Numbered from the whole stretch's first letter, positions 1 to 14,169 are shown. The stretch is DNA of 62,851 nucleotides, filler included, from Chiloscyllium plagiosum (GCF_004010195.1; 4 parts of 2 records of this genome joined end to end with filler, not necessarily neighbours in it); one strand, 5' to 3'. The notes: generated by a model not told the origin, from the sequence alone. Numbers and translations: made by a program.

Positions 1-850
1 TATAACTCTCAATCGCCTCAATTGAACCTTCACGTCTCATCTTGAGATCGGCCGCCCTCTTCCATTTAACAAGGGATTCCAATTCCTTATTAAACCACGG
101 CTCCCTCGCACGACCCTTTCCTCCCTGCCTGACAGGTACATACTTATCAAGGATACTCACTAGTTGCTCCTTGAACAAGCTCCACATATCAATTGTGCCC
201 ATGCCTTGAAGCCTACTTTTCCAAGCCACGCATCCTAGGTCGTGCCTCACCGCATCATAATTTCCCTGCTCCCAGCTATAACTCTTGCCCTGCAGTGCAC
301 ATTTATCCCTCTCCATCACTAGAGTAAAGGTCACTGAATTGTGGTCACTGTCCCCAAAGTGCTCACCTACTTCCAATTCTAACACCTGGCCTGGTTCATT
401 ACTCAGAACCCAATCCAGTATGGCCTCACCTCTTGTTGGCTTGTCTACATATTGTGTCAGGAAACCATCCTGCACACATTGAGCAAAAACACCGACTCAT
501 CTAACGAACTTGAGCTATAGCTTTCCCAGTCAATATCTGGAAAGTTAAAATCCCCCATAACAACCACCCTATTACTTTCACTCTTCTCCTGAATCATCCT
601 CGCAATCCTTTCTTCTACGTCTCTAGGACTATTAGGAGGCCTGTAGAAAACTCCTAACAGGGTGACCTCACCTTTCCTATTCCTAACGTCAGCCCAAACT
701 ACCTCAGATGTCGAGTCTTCATCCATTGTCCTTTCCACCGCAGTAATACTATCTTTGACAAGCAATGCCACACCTCCCCCTCTTTTATCCCCACCTCTGA
801 CCCTACTAAAACATTTAAACCCTGGAACCTGCAACAGCCAATTCTCCTGC
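1..850 (-). mobile_element. CR1 (HER1-like) LINE, ORF2 APE-endonuclease region, decayed
   Basis: Translation QVPGF..RGGGVALLVK..GVFYRPPNS..VMGDFNFPDIDW. Confidence 0.9.
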
Positions 851-907
851 GCGCTTTTATAGGAAAAAAAACCTATCCAGGTAAGCTTGCGTTAAACCAG
901 CTTCCGA

Positions 908-1290
908 CTGCCCCTCTGGTCGTCGTCACTTCCCCCTGCGGCTCCCGCTCTTTCTGTGAAGAGAAAAAAAACACCGCTGCCCGATACTGGTAAGTAATTT
1001 TAAAACAAACTGTCTCACCTTGGCTGTAGCCTTCTGGGTTTGTTTAAACTCAGCTGCTGCTCGCACTCAAAATGACCGTTGGCGTCAAAGGGTGAGTATT
1101 TATACTCACTGCTTTCCTTCCCGGGCTGCCCCTCTGGTCGTCGTCACTTCCCCCTGCGGCTCCCGCTCTTTCTGTGAAGAGAAAAAAAACACCGCTGCCC
1201 ACTACCGGTAAGTAATTTTAAAACAAACTGTCTCACCTTAGCTGTAGCCTTCCGGGTTCGTTTAAACTCAGCTGCTGCTCGCACTCAAAA
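908..1290. repeat. Direct repeat of about 165 bp with period 218 bp, next to the CR1 5' side
   Basis: ctgcccctctggtcgtcgtcacttcc...gcactcaaaa occurs at 908-1072 and 1126-1290, nearly identical. Confidence 0.9.
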
Positions 1291-1407
1291 AGATTGAATG
1301 AGTCAAGCTTCCCAAATAATGGCATGATGCCAAAAATGCTTACCCCAACCCAAAGTTGACTGTTGTAAGTGAATTTCTTCAGGAGCACGCTTCTCTCTCG
1401 TCACCAC

Positions 1408-1531
1408 TGAAATAACTCCACAGAGGCCGGTATCCCTCACCAAGTCCTTCTTTATTTACATGAAGAGAGTCCTTGACACTGATCCAGCTCCCTTAGAGCC
1501 AGCTCTCAGACTAAACAGGATCTCTGACACT
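1408..1531 (-). mobile_element. Probable solo-LTR-like repeat, one half
   Basis: Starts TGAAATAACTCC and has a minus-strand AATAAA at 1456-1451. Resembles a recurrent shark LTR-like repeat whose continuation appears at 5121 (recalled, not searched). Confidence 0.4.
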
Positions 1532-2080
1532 GCTTTCTTTTTTAGTTAACCAGCTCAGTCAGCGATGGTGCTTATATTTTCCCCACTAAACCCATTTTTG
1601 TGTTGATGTTTGTGTGCAGTGACTCGGTAAAAAGACACTGTAATGCAAAAACTCTATTTGATTCTTCCACCACAGGAAAAACACCCATGCGGTCAAGTGG
1701 ACCATTAATATGTAATGCCTAATAAGACCAACGCTTGCATGAAAATAACAAGGGGGAGGGTAGGGATTTAAATCAAAATAAAATTGGAGGGAGGAGATGA
1801 AGCACTCCAGCCCCTGCACTCCGATTCTATTTTTAAAAACGTTGTTCCTCGTCTAACATCTTCACATTCAAACATGTCATTACTATTCAAGTCAGCAGCT
1901 GCAACAATACTAAGTATCACTTGATGCATATTAAGGGTAAATGATTAGACCCAAGGCTTAGAAAGTACTTCCGACAGCACACTCCATCTTTCTTTCTCTC
2001 TTTGAGACATTCTGGATAACATAAATCACAATTATATCATAGTATGGCTGGCTGTCAAATTCTTCTTGACATTCTGCTAG

Positions 2081-4473
2081 ACTGGGACTGCCATAATGTT
2101 AAGGGTTTAGATGGAGAGGAATTTGTTAATTGTGTACAAGACAATTTCCTGATTCAGTATGTGGATGTACCTACTAGAGAAGGTGCAATACTTGACCTGC
2201 TCTTGGGAAATAAGGCAGGGCAGGTGACTGAGGTGTCAGAGAGGGAGCACTATGGGGCCAGCGACCATAATTCTATTAGATTTAAAATACTGATGGGAAA
2301 GGATAGACCAGATCTAAAAGTTTTAAGTTCGAAATTGGAGAAAGGCCAAGGTATTAGGCATGAACTTTCAAAAGCTGATTGGGGGCAGGTGTTCGCAGGT
2401 AAAGGGATGGTTGGAAAATTGGAATCCTTCAGAAATGAGATGACAAAAATCCAGAGAAAATATATTTGTGTTAGAGCAAAAGGAAAGGCTAGTAGGTATA
2501 GGAAATGCTGGATGACTAAAGAAATTGAGGGCTTGGTTAAGAAAAAGAAGAAAGCGTATGTATGGTATAGACAGGATAGACCGAGTGAATCCTTAGAAGA
2601 GTATAAAGGAAGTAGGAGTATAGTTAAGAGGGAAATCAGGAGGACAAAAAGGGAACATAAAATAGCTTTGGCAAATAGAATTAAGGAGAATCCAAAGGGA
2701 TTTTACAAATACATTAAGGACAAAGGATAACGAGGGAGAGAATAGGGCCCCTCAAAGATCAGCAAGGTGGCCTTTGTGTGGAGCCGCAGAAAATGGGGGA
2801 AGATACCAAATGAGCATTTTGCATCAGTATTTACTGTGCAAAAGGACATGGAAGATATAGAAAGTAGGGAAATAGATGGTGACACCTTGGAAAATGTCCA
2901 TATTACAGAGGAGGAAGTGTTGGATGTCTTGAAATGCATGAAGGTGGATAAATCCCCAGGACCTGATCAGATCTCTGTGGGAAGCTAGAGAAGTGATTGC
3001 TGGGCCTCTTGCTGAGATATTTGTATCATCGATAGTCAAGGTAAGATGCCAGAAGACTGGAGATTGGATAACGTGGTGCTACGCTTTAAGAAGGGTAGTA
3101 AGGACAAGCCAGGGCACTACAGACCAGTGAGCCTGATGTCGGTGGTGAGCCTAACATTGGAGGGAATCCTGAGGGACCTGATATACATGTATTTGGAAAG
3201 GCAAGGACTGATTAGAGATAGTCAACATGGCTTCATGCATGGGAAATCATGTCTTACAAACTTGATTGAGTATTTTGAAGAAGTAACAAAAAGGATTGAT
3301 GAGGGCAGAGCAGTAGATGTGATCTATGTGGACTTCAGTAAGGCGTTCGACAAGGTTCCCCATGGGAGTCTGATTAGCAAGGTTAGATCTCACGGAATAC
3401 AGGGAGAACTAGCCATTTGGATACAGATCTGGGGGGTTGTTTTTCAGACTGGAGGCCTGTGACCAGTGGAGTGCCACAAGGATCAGTGCTGGGTCCTCGA
3501 CTTTTCGTCATTTATATAAATGATTTGGATGCGAGCATGGGGGGTGTAGTTAGTAAGTTTGCAGATGACACCAAAATTGGAGGTGTAGTGGACAGTGAAG
3601 AGGGTTACCTCAGATTACAACAGGATCTGGACGAGATGGGCCAATGGGCTGAGAAGTGGCAGGTGGAGTTTAATTCAGATAAATGTGAAGTGCTGCATTT
3701 TGGCAAAGCAAACCTTAGCAGGACTTATACACTTAATGGTAAGGTCCTAGGGAGTGTTGCTGAACAAAGAGAACTTGGAGTGCAGGTTCATAGCTCCTTG
3801 AAAGTGGAGTCTCAGGTAGATAGGATAGTGAAGAAGGTGTTTGGTATGCATTCTTTTATTGGTCAGAGTATTGAGCACAGGAGTTGGGAGGTCATATTGC
3901 GGCTATACAGGACATTGGTTAAGCCACTGTTGGAATTTTGCATGCAATTCTGGTCTCCTTCCTATCGGAAAGATGTTGTGAAACTTGAAAGGGTTCAGAA
4001 AAGATTTACAAGGATGTTGCCAGGGTTGGAGGATTTGAGCTATAGGGAGAGGCTGAACAGGCTATGGCTGTTTTCCCTGGAGCATCGGAGGCTGAGGGGT
4101 GACCTTATAGAGGTTTACAAAATTATGAGGACATGGATAGGATAAATAGACAAAGACGTTTCCCTGGGGTGAGAAGTCCAGAATTAGAGGGTATAGATTT
4201 AGGGTGAGAGGAGAAAGATATAAAAGAGACCTAAGGGGCAACATTTTCACACAGAGGGTGGTACGTGTAGGGAGTGAGCTGCGAGAGGAAGTGGTGGAGG
4301 CTGGTACAATTGCAACCTTTAAAAGGCATTTGGATGGGTATATGAATAGGAAGGGCTTAGAGGGATATGGACCAGGTGCTGGCAAGTGGAACTAGATTGG
4401 GTTGGGATATCTGGTTGGTATGGACAGGTTGGATTGAACAGTCTGTTTCCATGTTGTACATCTCTATGACTCA
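2081..4473 (+). mobile_element. 5'-truncated CR1 LINE (EN C-terminus, RT, 3'UTR), frameshifted
   Basis: Motifs YRPVSLMS, YVDFSKAFDKVPH, GVPQGSVLGP, KFADDTK, LERVQKRFTRMLPG; tail catctctatgactc. Confidence 0.95.
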
Positions 4474-4489
4474 ATTTGTTCCTGTCCTG

Positions 4490-4965
4490 TGACCAGATAT
4501 TCTAAATAAATCTAATCCCATTTGCAAGTGTTTGCCCAGATCCCTCTAAACCCTTTCTCCATTCATACACTCATCCAAATGCCTTTTAAATGTTGTAATT
4601 GTACTAGCCTCCACCACTTCTTCTGTCAGCTCATACCATACACGCACCACGCTCTCCATGAAAACATTGCCCCTTAAGTTCCTTTTTAAATCTTTTCCCT
4701 CTTGCCCTAAACCTATGCCCTTTAGTTTTTGATCCCCCACTTCAGGGAAAACAACTTATTTACACTGTCCATGCCTTCATGATTTTATAAACCTCTAAGG
4801 TCACCCCTCAGCCTCCAACCCTCCAGGAAAAACAGTCCCAGCCTATTCAGCCTCTCCGTCAGCTCAAACCCTCCAACCCTGGCTACATCCTTGTAAATCT
4901 TTTCTGACCCTTTCAAGGTTCACAAAATCCTTCCTATAGCAAGGAGACCAGAATTACATGCACTA
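4490..4965 (-). mobile_element. CR1 LINE 3' fragment, tail-to-tail with the previous copy
   Basis: Reverse-complement similarity to 3990-4420; translation RNLRGNVF..VVEASTITTFKRHLD. Confidence 0.9.
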
Positions 4966-4974
4966 TAGTAATGG

Positions 4975-5118
4975 TCAATCCACCTAACCTGCACATCTTT
5001 GGACTGTGGGAAGAAACCCATGAAGACACTGGGAGACTATCTGTGTGGAGTTTGCACAGTTTCCCAAGGGTGGAATTGAACCTATGAGGCAACAGTGCTA
5101 CCCACAGAGTCATGTCAC
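4975..5118 (-). mobile_element. HE1-like tRNA-derived SINE fragment
   Basis: cacctaacctgcacatctttggactgtggg..., matching the fuller copies at 36073 and 45215. Confidence 0.8.
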
Positions 5119-5120
5119 TC

Positions 5121-5316
5121 ACACTCCTGTTCTTATCTGTCAGCCAGGGCTCCCTTATTTGGAGCTGTTAATCTGGAGTTCCCAATCAGGGAACTCATTC
5201 TATTAGGTCCATCTGGCTGACCTCATTAGTGTAGCACAAAGGGATTGACTGGATTGGTTACCCATTGCTGTCTCATTACGACAAGATGTGGCCCTGGTGG
5301 AAACTCACTCACTACA
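5121..5316 (-). mobile_element. Probable solo-LTR-like repeat, other half
   Basis: acactcctg..cagccagggctccc..cccaatcagggaactc..ggctgacctcatta, ending CACTACA (TGTAGTG on the minus strand). Confidence 0.4.
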
Positions 5317-6261
5317 TTTTTTTTAACTTCAAATGGGAAATCTTGGATATGCAGGACTTGCTTATTTTCAGTTTATTGCAAATTTCCTCCATAGGCTGGA
5401 TTATATTGGAAGGGAGTGGCTTCTGAAAACAATTAAAAACAATGAGGCATTTTACTAAATTTACTAAATCTAAAACTATGTAGGAGACAATCTTGCCACA
5501 TGGATATTGCACCTGATCAAATAATCAAAAAAAAGAGGCAGGTACAACTCTATGTTCATGCACATTTCAGTTAAATTGCAATCCGCCAATAGCGAGTACG
5601 TGCCAGTTGTGATAGAAGCATGGTCAGGTTCATAGCTACTTCTCGGTATTCTTGTTAGCTGTCCTAAAATCCTATTTATTTTCAATAGACAGTGCAGATA
5701 TACATTTATTTTATTATTAATCATTGGTCATGAATAACGCACTGACAGCTAGACCAAGTCAGACACCAATTCTTGTCTTCTATTTTTAAGAGGTGTAGTC
5801 TGGAGCATCAGTATCAAAACTGCAAAGTTAATTGTGCTTACAGAAAAAAAGCTATTACATAAAGAGGGTACAATGTAAGTACAAAAAAGTGCACAGGTAA
5901 ATATTTACCTACTTTTGATTCAGTATTCAAAAATGAAGTGTTTTGAACAGTACATACAAAAAACAAAACAAAAATGTGACCAACAAAAAGAAACATATAG
6001 GCAATCTAACTATAGACTATAATTTTGATCAACAGCACAATGAAAACAGAAAATGTACAATGGGTGGTTAGTTGAAAGAGAAATTGGGTAAATATTTCTG
6101 TCAAACTGTTGAATTCCTAAATGAAATATTAATGTACAAAAACAATTTCACAGCATGGGTCCCCAGCCTGCATTGTGTGGAGAACAGTCACTGGGTAATG
6201 ATGTTCCCTCAACTGGTCCATTTGTGGTCAGAGGATATGCTTCCCCTCCAGTTAAGGCTAG

Positions 6262-7048
6262 TGGGCAGGACCTGGAATGACAAATGACATTCATGCTACA
6301 CAAATGCCAGACAATAACCATCTTCAATAAGAGACAGTCTAACCATTACCCCATGACATTCAATGGCATTACCATCACTGAATCAACCACTACCAAAATC
6401 CTGCGGGGCGTGGGGTGTCAACATTGACGAGAAGCCAAATTAGACTAGGTATGTAAATATAAGAGCAAGTTAGAGGCAGGAATCTTGCAACAAGTACCTC
6501 ACTTTCTGACTCCCCAAAGCCTGTCCATCGTCTGTATGACACAAGTCAGGAGTATGATGGAATATTCCCCACTTGCCTGGATTGGTGAAGCTCCAACAAC
6601 ACTCAAGAAGTTTGACACCATCCAGCGCAAAGCAGCCCGCTTGATTGGCACTCACTCTGTGACTGATGCTCAGTAGCAATGTGTACTGTGTATAAAATGC
6701 ACTGCAGATATTCACCAAAAATTCTTAGATAGCACCTTCCAAACCCATGACCTCATCCATCCAGAAGGACAAGAGCAGCAGATATATGGGAACACCACCA
6801 TCTGCAAATTCTCCTCCAAGCCACTTACCATCCTGACTCAGAAATATATCGCTGTTCCTTCACTGTTACTGGGTTCAAATCCTGGAACTCTGTCTCTAAT
6901 TGCACTGTGTTTGTACCTAAACCCAATGGCCTGTAAGGTTAAGAAGGCAGCTCACTAATACCTTCTCAGGGGCAATTAGGGATGGGCAATAAAAGCTGGC
7001 CCAGCCAGCGACACTCACATTCTCTGAATGAATATATTAAAAAAAAAT
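6262..7048 (+). mobile_element. L2/CR1-group LINE 3' end (second family, A-rich tail)
   Basis: Translation QVRSMMEYSPLAW..LKKFDTIQRKAARLIG; tail gggcaattagggatgggcaataaa..gaatgaat-A(n). Confidence 0.8.
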
Positions 7049-7104
7049 TATGTTCCAAATTCCAATTCCAGGAAATATAGCCCAGGAGTGGGATATTTTT
7101 AACA

Positions 7105-7437
7105 GTTTCCTCATTTCCCCTCCCCCCACCTTACCCCAGTTCCAATCTTCCAGCTCAGCACCATCCTCATGACCTGTTCTACCTGTCAATCTTCCTTCCC
7201 ACCTATCCGCTCCACCCTCCTCTCCAACCTATCACCTTTATCCCCACCTCTATCCACCTACTGCACTCTCAGCTACCATCCCCCCAGCCCCAGCCCCAGC
7301 CCCAGCCTCCTCCCATTTATCTCTCCACTCCAGAGGCTCCCAGTCTCATTCCTGATGAAGTGCTTTTGCTCGAAATGTCGATTTCCCTGCGCCTCGGATG
7401 CTGCCTGACCTGCTGTGATTTTCCAGCACCACTCGAG
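7105..7437 (+). mobile_element. Penelope-like element 3' end / pLTR with degenerate hammerhead motif (7347-7383)
   Basis: C-rich tract, then attc-CTGATGA-agtgcttttgctc-GAAA-tgtc-gatt and gatgctgcctgacctgctg. Same family as 19766-20035. Possible TSD TTTTAACA (7097-7104 / 7438-7445). Confidence 0.8.
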
Positions 7438-8239
7438 TTTTAACACAGATTTATGTTAGTTGGCGGCATAAACATATGCAGCCACCCACCTGCATATTTG
7501 CCTCCATATGGGGCTAAAAGTAATGAACGCTTCATGTGAAACCATTAACCAGTGTTCCAGAATCTTTTCTTTCAATTGCTGTGAATTTTATCAATTTTGA
7601 TTTTATTTGATATTTTTAGCACTCACTGTTAAAGTTACGTTCTACTATGAACAAGACACCAGCTTCTCTTTTGAGTCCAATTATACTACCTGTGATCCTT
7701 TATTGCAGCTTTAGTGAAACACAGACAGATATTTTAAAAGAGAGCATCAGACTTGAGTACAGGAGGATGGAAATTAGGACTGACTGCCCTTGCTGACGAT
7801 TTGAAATGAAAAAAAGAAAATGTATAAAGTACATAATTATAGTTTAAAGATATAACTTTCTAAAAGATAACGTGAAACAAAAATTACTTTTCCTGTGACT
7901 GAACACTTGGGACATAATTCCAAATCAGCATTACATTTTTTGCTGCAGATTTAAAGCATTACAATGTCACACTTTAGGAATCTTCCTACAACCTTTAGAA
8001 GAGATCACATTACAGTGGTGAGCATGATTAAGAGCCCAATACATTTCTAAAATTTGAAGACCAATGACGTTTTGAAAACGAAGACAATTACTGAACATTG
8101 CCTGCAGTGCACTGACACTCCATGAATCTCAACTGACTCAATAGGAATAAAAAAAAGTAGTCAACAATGTAAACCTTTTTGGAAATGTTCACATTGAAAC
8201 TAAAGCAACTTCAGCGTTATGAATGAAAAAGCTAAAATC

Positions 8240-8326
8240 AAGAACGGTGATGAATGAACTGGAAACTATTTATTTGTATAACAGATTCTTCTTTACAGAC
8301 CTGATAACATCTTTAAAGTATTTACA
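8240..8326 (-). terminator. Candidate FAM110B polyadenylation site
   Basis: Minus-strand AATAAA at 8274-8269, TGTAAATA (UGUA / Pumilio-type motif) about 45 nt upstream, and a U/GU-rich tract downstream. More distal AATAAA hexamers also exist (about 7700 and 5680). Confidence 0.45.
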
Positions 8327-9076
8327 ACAGCAATTATATAATACAAAAAAAATCTGGTTTCCCCATCAGCTCAGGCACCAGCCTTTTTATGAAATGAAGT
8401 GCAGTATTGGAGTATATTAAAAAGCAACAATGAACAAGTTAATGAGATCACCCGCTGTACTTTTCACTTCTGAGCACCACATTACAGCAGACAGTTAGAC
8501 TGGCAGTCAAAGCAGATTTGGAAGACATGGATTGTCAGAGCTGAACCGTGCTGATGCATTAAACTGGACAGCTTCAAGAGAAACATTATAGACAACTCAC
8601 TACTATTACAGGTTACATGGGACTATTAGAGATTACATGGGCTGTACCATGCGTTTCAAGACCAAAATGACTGCCATCGCAATGTTGCAGACAGATGCTT
8701 TTCCTTTCTCCTGGTTACAATTATTTATGAATAGATTCTGTCACAATAAAGAACATTTGTTCTCATATATAATTGTTTGAAATGCACAATAAAGTGTGGA
8801 CATAGTACCCCGTGCTGTTTTTGATCAATACATGTGTATATAGGCATATATCTAATACAACTGAAATGTCCATGTCTTCATATAATCTGAAGTATAGGCC
8901 AATTCTGAGTTCAAGTCAATGGGCATGCAATGAAAGAACAGACAGCTAGCAACACAGTGGAATTGAGATCTGCAAGAAATATCCCAGTAGACATCGCAAT
9001 TCTTCACAACTAAAAGATTCACAGACAAAATAAAAATACAAAAATCTCTCACTCAACCCTAGTTTTTGTCCCTTTC

Positions 9077-10258
<1,182 letters not shown>

Positions 10259-10472
10259 TCATGTATTACAAACAGACTGAAGGGAGGAAGGATCTTATGC
10301 TGCAAATATTATCAGCAGAACCTTATATCATTCCTCATAAATATCAGTGTTCTCTTTGTACAAAGGGCCCCGAGACACAACTTGGTATTCCTCTGTGCTG
10401 CTGCTTCTTTGATGCTGACTGAGAGATTTGGGAGACTTGTCTGTTCTTTCCTACACAATTCCAGACAGGGAT

Positions 10473-10503
10473 CTGAAATAGAGAATAACCAACGATGTTA
10501 GTA
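10473..10503 (-). promoter_or_regulatory. 3' splice site and branch point of the FAM110B coding exon (exon starts at 10472, 283 nt of 5'UTR)
   Basis: Minus strand reads TACTAAC (10503-10497), then atcgttggttattctctatttCAG|ATCCC: a perfect branch consensus, pyrimidine tract and AG at normal spacing. Confidence 0.85.
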
Positions 10504-11281
10504 TCACTCGGTGACAAAGTACCTGATTTGCGGTGATTAGCTAGTAAGAATGCAGCAAATCTTCTGGGGACATACAAATGAAAACCTGCATTATCAATTG
10601 TGTGCTAAAATACATCAAATGTGCCAAATGTGATCTTTAAAAATAACCTTGTCGTACAAGCTAGCTTCGCACCAAGATTTTGTACCATTGTATATTGGCA
10701 ATAACTGATCAATAGCTGTCTCTGCTGGGAATGAAGGCTCACTTCAGCCAAGTGACGCTGACCTTGGGCCAAAGACAGGCTGAACAGACCTAAGTTGCTG
10801 TACATGTCATGGACCATCCAGGCGCATTTGAGAGTTTATTTCAAGATGGGATAAGGGCAATGCCAACTTGTTTGTTCAATTTTAAAGAACTATTCATACA
10901 CATATTAACACACCCAATACCTAGAATGCTGGATCTTTTGTTATTGTACAGGTTCAGTGACTTTGTTCTCGAGAAAGATAAAACCATTTTCGTGTCCGTG
11001 TTACATTTAGCCAATACAACAAACCTGTAACATAAAGTTAACCACAGGAAAAGTCCGCTCATGTGTTATTAACATCTGCAATAAAATTGGGACAATTGAC
11101 CAATTTTCCTCCCAAAGAATGAAAAATGTACACTTAATTTTGCAATTCAATACTTTAGTTTGATACTACAATGCACCTTTAAGCAGGTAATACTTATATG
11201 CAGAATTTTACCACATTTTCCTTGATACCACTGACTTTTTATTGTTCTTTTCATTTGCTCATGAAACATGGGAACCGTTGA

Positions 11282-11442
11282 ATTTTTTTTATTCACTTAG
11301 GGACGTTGCTGGCTGGGCAACATTTATTTTGCATTCCTAGTTAGCCTTGAGAAGGTGGGGGTGAACTACCTTCTTGAACACTGTAGTCAATGTGCTTTAG
11401 GCAGACCCACAATGCCCTTAGGTAAGGAATTCCAGGATCTTA
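11282..11442 (-). mobile_element. L2/CR1-group LINE 3' end (family of 6262-7048); more upstream part at about 12960-13450
   Basis: Reverse complement of the 6860-7048 tail. 12960-13110 resembles the reverse complement of 6270-6380. Confidence 0.7.
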
Positions 11443-11779
11443 ATTTTTGATATTAAGGGAATTAAAGGATACAAAAGGTGGAATTGAAGTAAATCAGCCT
11501 GGATTTAATGTCAGAGTAGATTAGAAGTGTCATGTGGCTCACTCTGACTCCTATTAATTCTGCAATGACGCAACTGCAATCATTTAGGTATGTGAGAAGT
11601 ATTCTATCAGATGGCTGACTTGTGCCTTGTTGATGGTTGAAAAGCTCTGATGAGCATGGAGCTAAGTTACTCACTACAGAATAATCAGTGTCTGACCTGG
11701 TCTTGTGGACACATATTCTATCTAGGTGATCTAGTTCTGATTTTAGTGACTGCCTTGAATGCAATGGATATAGAAGTTT

Positions 11780-12953
11780 CAGGTAGGAAAGGGAGGGAAA
11801 TAAAATGCGGGAAGGAGTTGCATTGCTGGTCAGGGATGATATCACAGCTGTGCTAAAGAAGGACACTATGGAGGGCTTGAGTACTGAGGCATAATGGGTG
11901 GAGCTGTATTACAGGCCTCCCAACAGTGAGCGTGAGATAGAATAACAAATAGATAAACAGATTATGGAAAGATGTAGAGGCAACAGGGTGGTGGTGGTGA
12001 TGGGAGATTTTAATTTTCCCAACATTGACTGGGAGATACTTACTGTCAAAGGTCTGGATGGGGCAGAATTTGTAAGAAGCGTCCAGGAGAGTTTTCTAGA
12101 GCAGTATGTCAATAGTCCGACAAGGGAAGGGGCCATATTGGACCTGGTGTTGGGGAATGAGCCAGGCCAGGTGGTAGAAGTTGCGGTGGGGGATTTCTTT
12201 GGGAATAGTCACCACAATTCTGTACATTTTAGAATACTCGTAGACAAAGATGAGAGTGGCTCTAAGGGAAGAGTATTAAATTGGGCCAAGGCTAATTATA
12301 TCAAAATTAGGCAAGAGCTGGGAAATGTGGATTGGACACAGCTATTTGAAGGGAAGTCCACATTTGATATATGGGAGGTTTTCAAAGCTAGGTTAAAGAT
12401 AGTGCAGGATAGGCATGTCCCGTTGAAAGCAAGGGATAGGAAGAGCAAGATTCGTGAACCGTGGATGACAGGAGAAATCGTACAACTAGCCAAGAGGAAA
12501 AGGGAAGTGTACATAAGATCCAGGCAGCTAAGAACAGAAGAGTAGGTTAGCTTTATTTTCATTAGAAAAAAGGAGATGGGGGTAGAGGTTTAAAAAATCA
12601 TGAAGGATATAGACAGGGTGGATAGAGATAAGCTTTTTCCCAGGGTGAAGGATTCAATAATGAGAGGCCACATATTCAAGGTGAGAGGTGAAAAGTTTAA
12701 GGGGGATACACGCAGCAAGTACTTTACACAGAGGGTGGTAGGTGCCTGGAAGGCGTTGCTAGCCGAGGTGGTAGAGGCAGGCACGGTAGATTAATTTAAG
12801 ATGCGTCTGGACAGATGTATGAGTCGGCGGGGAGCAGAGGGATACAGATGCTTAGGAATTGGGCGACAGGTTTAGACAATTGATTTGGATCGGCTCAGGC
12901 TTGGAGGGCCAAAGGGCCTGTTCCTGGGTTGTAAATTTTCTTTGTTCTTTGTG
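11780..12953 (+). mobile_element. CR1 LINE with internal deletion (EN region joined directly to the 3' end)
   Basis: Closely matches 24780-25563, then jumps at about 12541 to sequence matching 27073-27497; (TTTGTTC)-type tail. Confidence 0.92.
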
Positions 12954-14169
12954 TGGGAATTCAGTGATGATAATGTTGTTGAATGCCAAGCTCAATTGGT
13001 TAGAATGTCTCTTATTGGAGGTGGATATTGTCAGATACTTGTACAGAAACAATGTTACTTTGACTTATCATTTCCATTTTGAATGTTACCCAGATCTTGC
13101 TTCAGGCAGGCACAGACAGCTTCATTCTGAGTACTTGCAAATTCAGTGCAACTGGCAGTGTGCATTGCCAGTCCTGAGCTTTTGTTGTTGGAAAGGTCAA
13201 TTAATTGAGTGACACCAGTCACAACTGAATGTGGCAGAACTTCAGGGCTTTGATTTGATCTATTTGTTATGGAATTGCGTAGTTCTGCCTATACCATTTA
13301 GTTTTCTACTGTTTCACAGCTACACTGGTTGGCATCTTATTTTTAGGCGTGCTCAGTGCTGTTCATGGCATTGTCTTCTATAATCCTAATTGAAACATGG
13401 CTAAACAGGGTTGTGTGTTCCTAAGGCTGTGTAGCAACCCACAGCTCATATGTCAAGAATTCTGTTATGACTGCAAATTATCTGCCTGTGAGCTCCCTAC
13501 CATATACTACATTCAGGGCTGGAGCAACAGATTAGAGAGAGATACAAAACAGTCTGCTCTACCACTTCAAAATAACCTTCTACCTCCAAGTACACAATCT
13601 GAGCTTCGAACATTCCCAAAAGGGGCAGTGACTGATATCATCAGCAGTTGGTCTAAGGAACAAGGTGCAGAAATGGCCAATATCAGCTGAAGGAAGTTGC
13701 TGCTCATGGATTGGGTTCAAATAATTTTTTGAGGCAATTTGCTAAGCGTCCTTTCACATTTTCGCAATGCAACACCATACTACAAAACTAAATATACAGA
13801 CTCTATCATATATCTGCTAATGAATGTTGTCTAAAATATCTGCAATCTTATCACTTTGAAAAATCACTGTTGGATGTCTACCACATTTGGAACAAAGTGA
13901 ACAGAAGAAATAATGTTTAGAAACACACTCATAACACTGTGCTCTGTATCTCAGAACTAATTCAAGTTGCTGTCAGGGAAGAAAACCTAAAATTAGCTGG
14001 ACAATGAATAGGTTGTTCTGCTATAGCGCACATTTTAACATGAATTTGCTACAACACGATTGACGAATTGGCAACATTGCTTCTAAAGTACAAAGAGTTA
14101 AAGCATTTTTTGGTTATAATGTGATTCCGGCCACATTAGTTTAACGATGTTGCCAAACACAATTTTCTT

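Noticed and set aside
10522..10586. Possible extra minus-strand exon just upstream of the coding exon
   Set aside because: The implied intron is only about 50 nt and the acceptor lacks a pyrimidine tract.
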